Of a DNA stretch of 64,000 nt, positions 1 through 12,000 are shown one piece after another. The first letter of the stretch is position 1, and each line of letters opens with the position of its first letter. Both the position numbers and the translations under genes were made by a program. Under the pieces are notes generated by a model. That model did no database searches. It had not been told where the DNA came from and was given only the letters and a program-made list of their open reading frames with translations. Origin of the DNA: a virus (lineage: Duplodnaviria; Caudoviricetes); the IMG/VR virus record IMGVR_UViG_3300032303_002515, positions 26,840 to 90,839 of that record. The stretch is one strand, 5' to 3'.

Positions 1-5
1 AGGCA

Positions 6-3000
6 ATGCGAACCGCAGACGCTATGGCGCGTGCTGCCATGTCGCAAAACCGCACCGGAGCGATGGCATTTAGAAATGCTGGTCGCTCTGGTAGCGGGTC
101 GTTTGGTCGCGGTGGCTCTGGAACTGGGGCCGCAGGAACGCGCGGCGCCCGCTCCTCACTAGACGATTCCGGGGCGGCTGCCCGCTCTATACCCAGCATA
201 GCAAGCATATCAAGGGCCGCGCTTGGCCTGGAGCTGTCTAAGCGCTCTGGCATGCGCAAGGCAGGCATTAGCTCGCGAAACAGACAAAGAGGAACGCCGC
301 TTGCTGCTTCAGATAGAAGCCTAATAGGACTGCCATCTGAGAAGGCATTGGATTACCGCCTGTCTTCGCGCGAGCTAGGTCGATACCTTTCTAGACTTAT
401 TGCATCGGAAACTGGCGACGTTTCATATCCATCTGAGCCGTTAGACCTTAGGAATTTTGCTTTCCGTGGCAATCGCTTTGGTCCGCCAAGGTCAAAACGG
501 AGGTCTGGCCGCTATGGCGCCCAGCAGGCAGACCTAGATCTCTTTGAGAAGGCAATAGAGCGTCAAGACATTTCTCTTCTTGAATCGGCCATTAGGGCTC
601 CGCAAGGCCGCATGAGGGAAGATATTCGGCGTCTTCCAAACTATTTGCAAACATTAATTCAGCAGGCCAGAATGGATCGCCGGCGAAGCAGCAGATTCTT
701 CCCGCAGTCCCAACCTGGCAAGCCAATGTCAGTTCACGTCCCGGGTCGTGGCTTAATGGAGTTTTCTAAGAAGTCAGGCAGGGGCGGCAGCGGCGGCAAC
801 AAAGACATTGACCGAATAGTTGGTCAAATTCTTGGCCAGGGATGGAAATTTGAAAAGCGCAAAGGCGGCCACAATGCCGTCGTTGCTCCTTCTGGTCAAA
901 AGGTATTTTACCCATCATCAGCATCAGACCGCAGGGCATTGCAAAATTTCATTTCCGAGTTGCGAAAAAAAGGTGCAATTGTTGATGGCCGAGGGTACGG
1001 CGGAAAAGAGGGCAAGGGCGGTCCGCGCGAAATGTCACGACGCTCTGGTGGCAGGTCTGTCGCCGAGACTGCATTTGGCTTTGTTCCAGACCGTCGAATC
1101 CTGGAAGCAATGCGCCGTGGTGACATGTCATTTGGCCAAGAGATTGGCGCTCAACGTCTAAACACAAAAAGACTATCCACCACTGTTTCTATGGGGACAG
1201 GAAGAAATCGAGTTCGGGGCACAGCTATTGCCATGTTCCCAGAAAACGACAGGGGGCTCAGGGGCCAATCAGGAAGAGAGGTTGGGAGAAACCTTGGTCA
1301 GGGAGACAGAAAAACTAAAAGAACTAAACTTTCTCCATATAGCCCAATGGCAGAAAAAGTATACGAGGTCCTTGGTGGAATGCTTGGGGCACCAACCCCT
1401 GCAGTTGTCAGGAGAAGGCTAACACCATTAGAGCAGCAACTGGCCACTGGCGGAAGACTGCCGCAAGTTGGCTCTTCGGCTAAGACAAACATTGGCGCAA
1501 CCCGCAGAGTCGCCTCCGGAAGATTTGAAAACCCACAAGTCCGTCAACGCCGGCCACTAAGCCGCAATGCATGGATGATCCCTTGGCTTGACGATTTTGA
1601 GCCAATGAAACGCGTACTTCGCGGTCACCCACAATTTGACGACGAAGTTAGAACGCAAGCAACTAGGCAGCTTGGCTCAACACGAGACATGCGACGCATC
1701 ATGCTCCTTGACCAAATACTTGGCCAGACAGATCGACACGGCTCAAACATGATGGTTGGAAAGGGACGAAGCGGGAAGCGAAGAATTCTTGGAATTGATA
1801 ACGAGCATGCGTTTAGCATGGGCGGCCTTAATAGGCCTATCTCTGACCTTAATAGGCAGCTAAATAATACGCCGCAATTCTCTTCATTCTCTGCGCGATA
1901 TATGCCGCGAGATGTCCCTCAGGGCAGCAGCACATTGCTGCCGTGGATGACAAACAAGGGTGGCTCTGGCCTTGCAAGAATTAAATTAACAAAGCAGGAG
2001 CAAGACGCATCTGCGCGTGAAGCAAAAGTCCTAAGGGGAATCCTTGGCGGCAAGAGGTCAATGAAGATTGTTGAAGAGTCTTTCTTGACTGCTGGCTACT
2101 CCAAGAGGGACACAGATAAGTACATGGAGACTCTGCGCACACGGCTAGAAGCTGCGGCGATTACAAGAGAAGCAGAGGCATCTTCTGGGCATAGCGACGC
2201 CGGAGATTATCGGCAAATGTTGCAAATGTCGCGCCGCTCTGGTGCGCAGAGAAGGCTTGCCGCAAGAACCAGGGCAACTGGGCGCGGGGTTATGCTTCCA
2301 CAAGACCTTCGCAGCGGAGATTTTGCTGAGTTGCCGAGACCGATTCGACTGCTTGGAGAAATGCTGCAAAGCAAAGACAGGGGAAGAAGAGCCCGCCCAA
2401 TAGAAATGGACGATGAAACCAGGGTCTCTTTGGTTTCAGGAAAAGAAATTATTCCTGGACGAGCAAGCAGAGGCTCTAAGCCTTTAATCCCGCAAAACCT
2501 TGCCGGCCGAAGCCCAGAACAAATTTTTGCTGAAGCGCTTGTGGCATCCCACAACGCCGGTGTGCGGGTTCGGGAGATCGCACCAGACCCTGATCGACTC
2601 ATTAAGGCGCAGCTTCGCGCCATGGGCGTTGGGGACCCATATGACGTTGGCGGAAAAAGGATTACTTCACGATCAGATCAAATGGCCGCAGCTCGTGCGT
2701 ATCAATTGCTTAGGCGTCAGCGATTGGGAATGGGCTCAATTGCCTCGCTGGCGCCTGGATCAGTTAACGCAAGCTCATGGTTAATGCAAATGGGCGGAGA
2801 TCAGGGCTCACGTCAGGATCTTCTTGGTGGCGCCCTTGATGAGATGAGTGGCTTTGATGCGTTTAGAGAGTTGAGCGCGGGCACCGCTGGGGCACGAAGG
2901 GATAGAAGAGCTGGTCAAAGCGGGAATCGCCGCATTGGGCTTAAGGGCGGGTTTATCGCCACTGTTCCTAATAGATTCCATGTCCCAGGCATGGGAGACG

Positions 3001-6000
3001 CTGCTGGGTTAAGAAATTTTGTTGTAGGGGCAATGACTCACAGAATGCCAGGAACGCATGAACAGGGCAAGCTTGGCGCCCTAGCCGGTCTTGGGGCTCC
3101 AGGTGTTGGAACTAGCCTTATGGCCCACGAGCTGCGTCGTCACGCGCGGGCAATCATGGAGGCCCGAAGAAGGTACCCGGCCGCCCTTGCCGCAAAATAT
3201 GGCGTATCAGTTGACGATCTTGCCGGACTCAATATGGGCGGTCGCACAGCTGCGGGTCTCAGCTTAAAAGCCAGCAACTCAGGAATGGGCCTGTACGAAG
3301 CGCTTGGATTTGAATTTAGCGATCCAAACAACATGGAAAACCGCTTTATGTCTATGGGCGGAGACAAAGTTGTTGACATGTACGGAAGAATCCGCGCAGA
3401 GATTAAAAGAGTAGAGGCCCGCCTTGCGGAGCAGGGCATTGCGTACAGCCCAATGGAGTTTGCACGTAAGTCTGGTAGCAAATCTTACCCAATGCAAGAA
3501 AAACTTGTTAGAAGGATGGGTCCAGGAGACCCAAATTATCTAGGGCAAACCGCTTTTAGATTAGGCGAAGAAGATTTGCTTGGGCCATTTACGCGCGGAA
3601 CAAGATTCTACCCCCAGAACGAAACGTATGTAGCTGGACCCCGCAAAGGACAGCCAATCCCAAGGCCAGCAGGGCACCGAGGCATTCCGTATTACCAAGT
3701 AGTGACACCTAGCGGCCTGAGAATTGACAATGTGCCGGCTGATGCTCACCGAGGGCGACTGCAAGAAATTATTGCAACTGTAGAAAGCTTCTACAAGAAG
3801 TATCCAGAACAAATGCAAGAGCTTGCTGGCCCAAGAAGTACCGGGATACGGTTTTCATACGCAAAATTGCATGGGGGCGCTACAGGCACGGCATCAATCG
3901 GTTCTGGACCAGTAAATCTAATGGATTATCTACTTACGCCAGATTCAACACACGACAAGACTGGATACTACCACGACTACTACAATTCAAAGAATCCTCG
4001 CTTTGCGGGCAAGGATGGCTTTGCTGGCAGGGCAAATAGCATACACGGCATCTTTGCTCATGAGCTCGGTCACGTAATGGCTGTTGACAAATATCAAGAA
4101 GCAATGAAGCAAAAAGGTATTGGTTTTTACGGTTATAAGCCATATGATGAGTTTGTACACGGAAGCAGAAGAGATGGCATGGGTCGCGGCGTCAGGGGCT
4201 TCCATTATGACTACAAAAAGGGCATGGCGCAGATGGCCGCGCTTGCAAATGTTGAAGAGACTACTGGCGGAAGATTAAAGCCAGAAGATTTCTATTTGCC
4301 TGGCGAAATGGACGGCAAAAGCAACGTGAACGGCGGCGTTTACAGCGGCTTTTTCCATCCTGGCAGTAAGAAACAAAAAACGATGTATGGAAGTAATAAA
4401 TTAGATTTTATGCCGGATGATGCTACCGAGCAAATCCAAATGCGGAAAATTGGCGAAATGATGTTGATGGGAAAGCAAGGACCGCTTGCCAGCGTCCTTC
4501 CAAAGCAATATAAAAATATTGATGAAGCAATGCAGGCATTGTGGAAAATTGGCGGATATGGCTCCATTAGGGGGCGAATGCATGTTGGTTCCGAGTGGAT
4601 GTCCCAAATGTTTGCAAAATGGAGCAGTCGCGCATGGGGGGCGCCAGACGCTGCCCTTGGCGGGCATCCCAATGTAGACGCAAAAAATAAACTTGGCTAT
4701 CGGGTTGCGCGCATTTTGGCAAGAAACAACCAATGGGCTGAATACAGCAAGCGCTCGGGTGGCATCGGCGGGATGCTTGGCGGTCTCTTTGGTAAGGGCA
4801 GGCCAAACATCATGCAGCAGATTACTGGCGGACAAACCTATGGGATGACGCTGCAGGACTTGCTGGGCGGAGACATTACCGGCATGGGCTCGCACAGCAT
4901 CGGCCACTGGTCTGGAGGATCTGGAAAAGAAATCCTCAACCTAAAGACTATGGCTGGAGAAATTAGACAAGTTCTTGCACAGCCGATTGGTGGGGATGCA
5001 TCGCAAGGTGGTCGATTTCCAAACAAGGCAATGGAGATCCTTGCTGGACTTCTTGGGGTGGAGACCCCGACAATTCTGGAGCGCAGCATTGGCGGCAGGA
5101 GAATGGCGATTCAGCCAATGGCTCCAGGAGAAACCGCAATTGACTTTATTAACAGATTAAGTGCTCCGCCATCAACACGAGTTCCAGTATGGGAAGACGA
5201 CCAGATCATCGGTCACTTCTCTCGGCCACTTGGTTCTGGATCAGTCGACCCAGCATTGGCACAGCAGCCCTGGCTTGCAAGCAGGGGCGGAAGGCGCATG
5301 CAGATCCTTGATCATCTTGCGCAGACATACGACCGACACGGACTTAACTACCTTCTCAATTTAGTTGACCCCAAGGGCGGCGTAGGCTCGCCTGGAAATT
5401 ATCGCGTTACTGCTATTGACCACGATCTTGCCCTTCGCCCACCAGGCAAGGGCGGAAGAAGAGTCATTGGTGGTGGCGCTGGGCCAATTGGTGTTCCCGG
5501 ACAGTTCCAAGAACACCAGATAAAACTTGCAAGGGAAGAAGCCGCTACCCTTGCGGGCATTGTAACGCGGCGCAAAGTTATAGAGCCGCAATTGCTTGAA
5601 GCATTGCGAGCAGGAGGATATAGTGAGCAAGAAGCACTCGCAACAGTCGATGCTATCTTCAGACGCGCACGTGAAGCGTTTAGGAGTCGCATGGCTGAAT
5701 CGCGGGGCGCAGCCCACCCGTCTGGGTGGGAACTCTCACGAAGGTCAGGAGGTGTCGGTATGAACGGCCTGACAAACCCCTTTGCCCAATACAGCAAGCG
5801 CAGCGGTGGAGCTGCTACTGGCACCCCATACACATCCCTGCAGACCGCCTTTGAGCAGGTAACTCTTACCGCCATCAAGAACCTGAAGGTATCTCTTGCT
5901 GGCCAAAAGATGAACCCACAGCTATTCCGCAGAAGCATTGAGTCCTTCCAGAAGACTATTCTTGACGCAGCTACGGGCCAGGGAGAGTTTGCTGGCGGTT

Positions 6001-9000
6001 CAATGCAGAAGGCGTTGAAGGGCATTGCGCCAAAAGCGCGCAAGTCCCTGATGGGCATGTTCAGCGGCATCTTGAAGGACATTGAAGACACTGGCACTGC
6101 TGCATTTGGCCGTGGCGACCTGAAAGGCATTCCTCTTCGCAAGGTGCTGTTCAGCATGCTTGGTCAAGTCCCTTCGGTCTATGCGCCAGACATTGCGCAA
6201 ATTGCCGCAAATCCAGCGTTGCAAAAGAAGAGACCAAGCGGACAAAGAGACAGAATCCCAAGCATTCGCACAATCCAATATGGCGAATCTAACCTTGCAA
6301 CCCTTGGCGGCGTTGGCATTGCCCCAGGCATGAGGCTTGCTGGATCGGCAACACTTGCCTCCCACTTGACTGACCAAGGCTATGATCCAAAGGCTTACGG
6401 CAATCTTGCCGGAATTCTGACCGACATGGCACAGAAATACTTCCCGTCCGGCATCAGAGGCGGCGGGCTATCGTTTGGTCACCCCCTAGCTAATGCAGGT
6501 GCATGGGCATACTACGAGCCACAGCGCCCAGGATATAACGTACAAAACCCTGGCCAAATTACTATGGACCTTGGCGGAGCGGGTAAGGGCGGCGTTGTAA
6601 CTATTGGCAAGGCCATGGCAACAATGGCTCACGAAATCACGCACGCCATGGTAGACGCTTCCGAGATGGAAATAGCAAAGCTTTCAGTTGGCGTAACTGA
6701 TCAAACGCAACTGCAAAAGATTCGCAAGGAAGTTGAGGCAAGACGAGGAGTTCCGTCAGCAGACAAATACCGTGCCTACTCGGGAATTTCCGGGGAATAC
6801 ATGTTTGTTCCAAAGGGCAAGCAGATTGGCGCAAAAACCATTCCGCTGGGAACCCCAGATAATCCAGAAGGTTTTAGCTATTTTGATTTGCCGAAAGGAT
6901 CAATTACAGAAAGTGAATACAAAAAGCTTAATCCGAAGGCCAGGGCGGCATACGAAAAGGCCTATGTCACTGCGGCACAAGCTGCAGCCATAGATCCAAA
7001 TGCACAGGGTCAGCATATTAATGTTCCTGGGCACTTTGGCCCGCAGGTTCGTATTCTTGAAGATGCGCAGGCAGGACTTGCCGAGTATGCGCAGATGCTT
7101 GCTGCTTCAACAAGAGTATTGCAGCCAGGAGAAACGCAGAAAAGCTTGATGCTCTCAACCCGGCAAATGAATGCCGGCGCTCGTGCAAACGCAACGGATA
7201 TTGGTGCGGTCATGCCTGGCGTTGCCGGAATTGCCAATCCGTATCAAGGCGGATTGCTTAAAGCAATGGATCTCTCGGAAACTCTTGGCGGGAAACTTCG
7301 TCCAATTGCGGAATTTGCCGCGCGCATTCAGAGAAACATGGCCGGTCAGATGGTGTCTGCTCAGGCAGCAGGTGGTCTTGACGCTCGTGACCTTGGTGGA
7401 ATGTTTGCAAAGGCTCTTGGCACGGCTATTGAGGCTACGCCAAAGACACAGCGCGCAAGCGTTCTTGAAGCCATTAGGCCAGACCGCATTCTTGATGCCG
7501 CAGTAGTTCTTGACTCTATTGGAAGAGCAAAGAATATTCCGGCTTTGACAAGAATGCTTGCGAATGCAACTGGCGCCACTGGCGCCGCGATTGTCTCTCA
7601 TGGCGTTGTTGCTTCGGACCTTAATACCGCAGGGGATGTTCAAGCTGTTGCAGAGGCAATGGGCAAGAAGCGTGGGAAGAAGCCTGCTGAGCCACCACAG
7701 CCAGCTGGCCCAGTCCAGCCAAGCCCGCAGGTTGCAGCCATTGCGCCAAAGGGCTATGACTTGTTAACGCAATTAACAGAGATTCTTTCACTTGGTGTGG
7801 TTGGCGGCGGCAAAGAAAATATTACCTTGCGCAATCAAGTAAGGGCTCAGGCCGGTCTCCCAAATAGGCCGCTGGCGGGAACGCAACTTGCTGCAAGTAG
7901 CCTAACAGGCTCAGCAATTGCCGCACTCGCCGCACAGTATCCAGAGCTTTTGCCATTTGTTCGCGAGTACAGACCGGATCATCCGCTTCTTGGCGCGCAA
8001 CCAGGAACAAAAGTTCCAGCAACAAAGCGCGGACGTCGCGGCGGACCAGTGGGGCCAACTGTCTCCGGGTCAACAGGCGTACAGCCATATGCCGACACAG
8101 CAAGCAACGATTATTACCAAAATATTGCAGATAGCATCTTTGCTTCACGCGTTGAGGACGCATTTAAGATGTTTGGCGGTTCCGGTGGATTTGGCTATAA
8201 CGCACGTGGTCTTGGAAACCGCATGAACGTTTTGCGAGATGTTATGCCAGAAGATCAACTACAGGGCGGAATTGACAAGCTAAAGCAATTTGGCTCAACC
8301 ATGAAAGATGCCTTCCTGAATTCAAAGCCAGTCGTTGGGTTGTTGCAAGACTTTGACGATGCAATGCTCAGGGCTGCGGACGGATCGCTGGACTTTAGCA
8401 AATCACTTGATGCGGCAACCGCGAGTAGCGGTGGGTTGGTAAATCAACTGAAAGAAACGGTAAAACTTGCCGTTGCATTCGTTCTTACACAAAACGCAGC
8501 TAATGCTATTTACCGATCTATTAGCCACCTTTCTTCAGGCTTTATTCAGTTCAACCAAGCGCTTGAAGACGCCAAGGTAGGTTTCTCAACACTGTTCTAC
8601 AACGCAGGCGATTCTATGGGCGTTGCCGAGGGTCGCGCAACCGGAATGATTGAACGTTTGAAGGAATTTGCTAACGTCACGCCGTTTTACTTCACGCAGC
8701 TGCAAGAAGCAGCTGTCCGAATGCAAGCGTTTGGCCTTGACATTGGGCAAGTTCTGCAAAGAGACCCAAATACGGGCGAGCTTGTTGGTTACATTAAAAA
8801 CATTGGAGACGCGGTTGCCGCACTTGGCGGTGGCGACGAAAAGATCATGCGCATTACGTATGCGCTTGGTCAGATGAACTCTGCTGGTCGCGTATATCAA
8901 AACGACATGATGCAGCTGGCAAACGCCGGTATTGCTGGATACGAAATCCTTGCTGAAGCTCTTATTAATGAGCTTGAAGCAAAAGGCAAGGATATGACTA

Positions 9001-12000
9001 ACGATGATAAGAAAATTCTTAATGATTTGTACACAAATCGCGTAGAGGCAATTAGAAAACTTACAACTTCGGGAAGAATCTCTGGTAAGGCCTCAGCCGC
9101 TGCAATTCTTTCTGGGCTTGGCGAAAAATACGGCGGCGGAATGGAGCGGCTGTCAAAGACAATGACTGGTGCGCTAAGCACAGTCTCAGACATGTCTCAG
9201 TCACTTGTAGCAACAATGACTGGACCGCTTTATAACGCAATACGAGACCTTGTTGTTCAATTTGCCGGAGTTCTACAAGATCCAAAAACAAGCGCAATGT
9301 TTGTCGAAATGGGCCAAAAGTTGCACGGATTTGCTGCAACAATTAAAGAAGCGATTCCTGCAACAATAGCAACGATTGTTAATGCATTTACGTACCTTGG
9401 TGGAATTATTGCCAAGGTATTTGGCGGATCCGGAACAAAGAGCGCTATAGATCTACTAAGATCTGGTTTGCAAACTGTTGGAGATTTGCTGTCTAATAAC
9501 GTAGTGCGAGCGGCGTTGCTTGCAAGCGTTGCGCTAAAAGCAATGATGTCAGTTGTTTCTGCAAACCCGCTGGTTGCAACAGTTGGCGTTGTTCTTGCCG
9601 CACTTGGCGCGCTACGCCAAGCGTACGAAACAAATTTCCTTGGTTTTGCTGATACCGTTGACAACGCAATGGCTCCATTGCAAAAAATGGGTCCAGATAT
9701 TGCCGAATCTATCATTCCTGCATTAAAAGAACTTATTGCAGCCGCAGCCCAAGTAATTGGTGGCGGATTAGTCATAGCCCTAAAAGCAGCCCTTCCAATC
9801 ATCTCAGCATTGGCTGGTGCGCTAGGCGGAATGGCCGGAATTCTTGAAAAACTAGCTCCGCTTATTGGCGCATTTATGGGTGCATGGATTGTTAAAAAGG
9901 TTGCCATTGAAGGTATGGCTATCTTGTTTACTAAACTGCAAAACGCAGCAGCCTCTGCAGCGATGTCTGCTGGAGTTGCTGGCGTCAAGATGGGTGCATG
10001 GGGGAAGCAGGGCGCCTCATATTATTCTCAAAGAATTCCAGTACGGCAAACAGAAGTTCAAACACCATTTGGCCCAATGAACGTCTGGCAGTCTGCCGCG
10101 CCAGAGCAAGGCGCGGGAGCGGTAATGGGATCTGCGCCCGGGGTAAAAATTGGCGACGCAGAAAAAGCAAGAGGCGTTATGCCTCAGCCATTCCAAAAGG
10201 TATATACAGTACCAGAACATTTAAGAAACATTCCGCTTCCATACTACACAAACCCAGGAGTTTTGTCTCCAGAAACTGGTGGCCTTCTTGGTCTTGACCC
10301 AGAATCTGGAACGGCCATTGGCGCAAGACCTGAGAACATGGTGCTGCGCACCAGGACTCTTGGCGAGCTTGCGGCTATGCAGGGTGGCGGACTTCAGCCA
10401 GAGCAAATAGTTCATGCCCAAAGAGCGGCAAAAGCGCTTACCGGCCTGCAGCAAGCAGACCTTGTAACAATGGATGAAAGCGGAACAATTACCGCAACCG
10501 AAAAGGGCAAAAAGCTTTTGCGCGACAAGATGGAAAATGCGCGAGCACGGCGAGCATTGGAAAACGATATTTCAGTTCAAGAGCAAATAAAAAGAGATCA
10601 GGAAGAAGTTGCAAGAATCAAGCAAGCCAACAAAGAAGGCAAAAAGGTTATTGGCTATGTCCCTCGCGGAATTCCTGACTATGCCAGAACACCAGCACAG
10701 CTTTCCCCAACAGAAGAAGTGCAAATGCTTCAGGGAATGCGAAGTCAAACATTTGGACAAGCGTTTGATTACAACTACACGGAAGAACTTGCCAAGAGGC
10801 ATGCACAAGCCAGAGCGGCTGGAAGATTTAGAACCGGTCTTGATGGATCAGAAATAACAAACATTGGGCTTACTGGAAGATTGCGAGCGCGCGGTTCGGC
10901 AACTATTCAGACAATAAAAGACATGTTTGCCATGGGCGGCAAAACAGAAATGGCTGGAAACGTTGCCGATAAATTTAGCGGTCTTACAATGGCAGCAAGC
11001 GGTCTAATGATGGGTTTTGAAGCCCTTGGATCAGCCGTAGGAATTAATACAAAAGACCTTCAAACGTTCTCAATGGTGCTAATGGGCTTGTCCATTGTCT
11101 CCAAAGCTGTTGCTGCTGCTATGGCAGCAATTAGTGCGGCGGGTGGGGTAAAGCAAGCCCTTAGCGGTTTAGTGAGTTCAATTGGTGGCCCTGTTGGGGC
11201 CGCAATTGCAGCAGCTATGGCTGCGGCAATATTTGTTTTTAGTGAAGTTTCTAAGCACGATGCGGAAGCTCAAAAGTATCGCGATCAGAGAAAAGCGGAC
11301 AAGGATCGAGAGCGAGCAATCAAACTTGGCTGGAGCGACAGCGGTCTTGGGTATATGGCTCCAAAGGTAATTGGCGGACAGGCTCAATACGATTTGTACG
11401 GTTTCTCAAATGGAAAAACCCTTGGTGGAAATGTTGACCAAGCAAAAATTGATGAAATGGTTTCTCAGGGGCTATTTAAGAAAGAAACAACAGCCCTTCC
11501 AGGAAAGTTTACATATACGCCAACCGAGGCGGGAAGGGCCGCTGGATACATTAGCGCAAGGGGCGTAACTCAGGCGGTTGTTCCAACTTTTACAAAGGCA
11601 CCAACTGCCGTTGTCCAAAGGGTGGACAATCTTATGACCAGCTCTACTGGCGGTTTACTTGAAGCACCCCCAGCGGAAAGAATGGGCCAAACAAATGCAG
11701 ATCAGTTGCAAACCCTAGCAAGCCTTGGGGTTGTAAGCGAAGATTTTGTCACGCAACTTGTAAAAGATATTAGGGCTGAGGACAATAGGGGTTTTAATGC
11801 CATGATTCCACTTGTTGGAATGGCATGGAGAAACCCAAGCGATGTCCTTACGCAACGATATGGTTCGTCGTATACAAACGCTATTGACAACAATATGGGT
11901 GTTAATACGCTAAATCCAGAAAAACTGCTAGGTAATCTCCTTTCTTCAAATAATGTTGGCAGAGCAATTCTTGATTCTACTGGTCTTGGCAAATATTCAT

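Larger units (their letters stand above)
231..5807 (+). repeat. Eight copies of peptide linker [EQ]-[LFMY]-[SA]-[KR]-[KR]-S-G
   Basis: ELSKRSG 231-251, EFSKKSG 759-779, EMSRRSG 1029-1049, QMSRRSG 2223-2243, EFARKSG 3456-3476, EYSKRSG 4740-4760, ELSRRSG 5730-5750, QYSKRSG 5787-5807. Confidence 0.9.
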
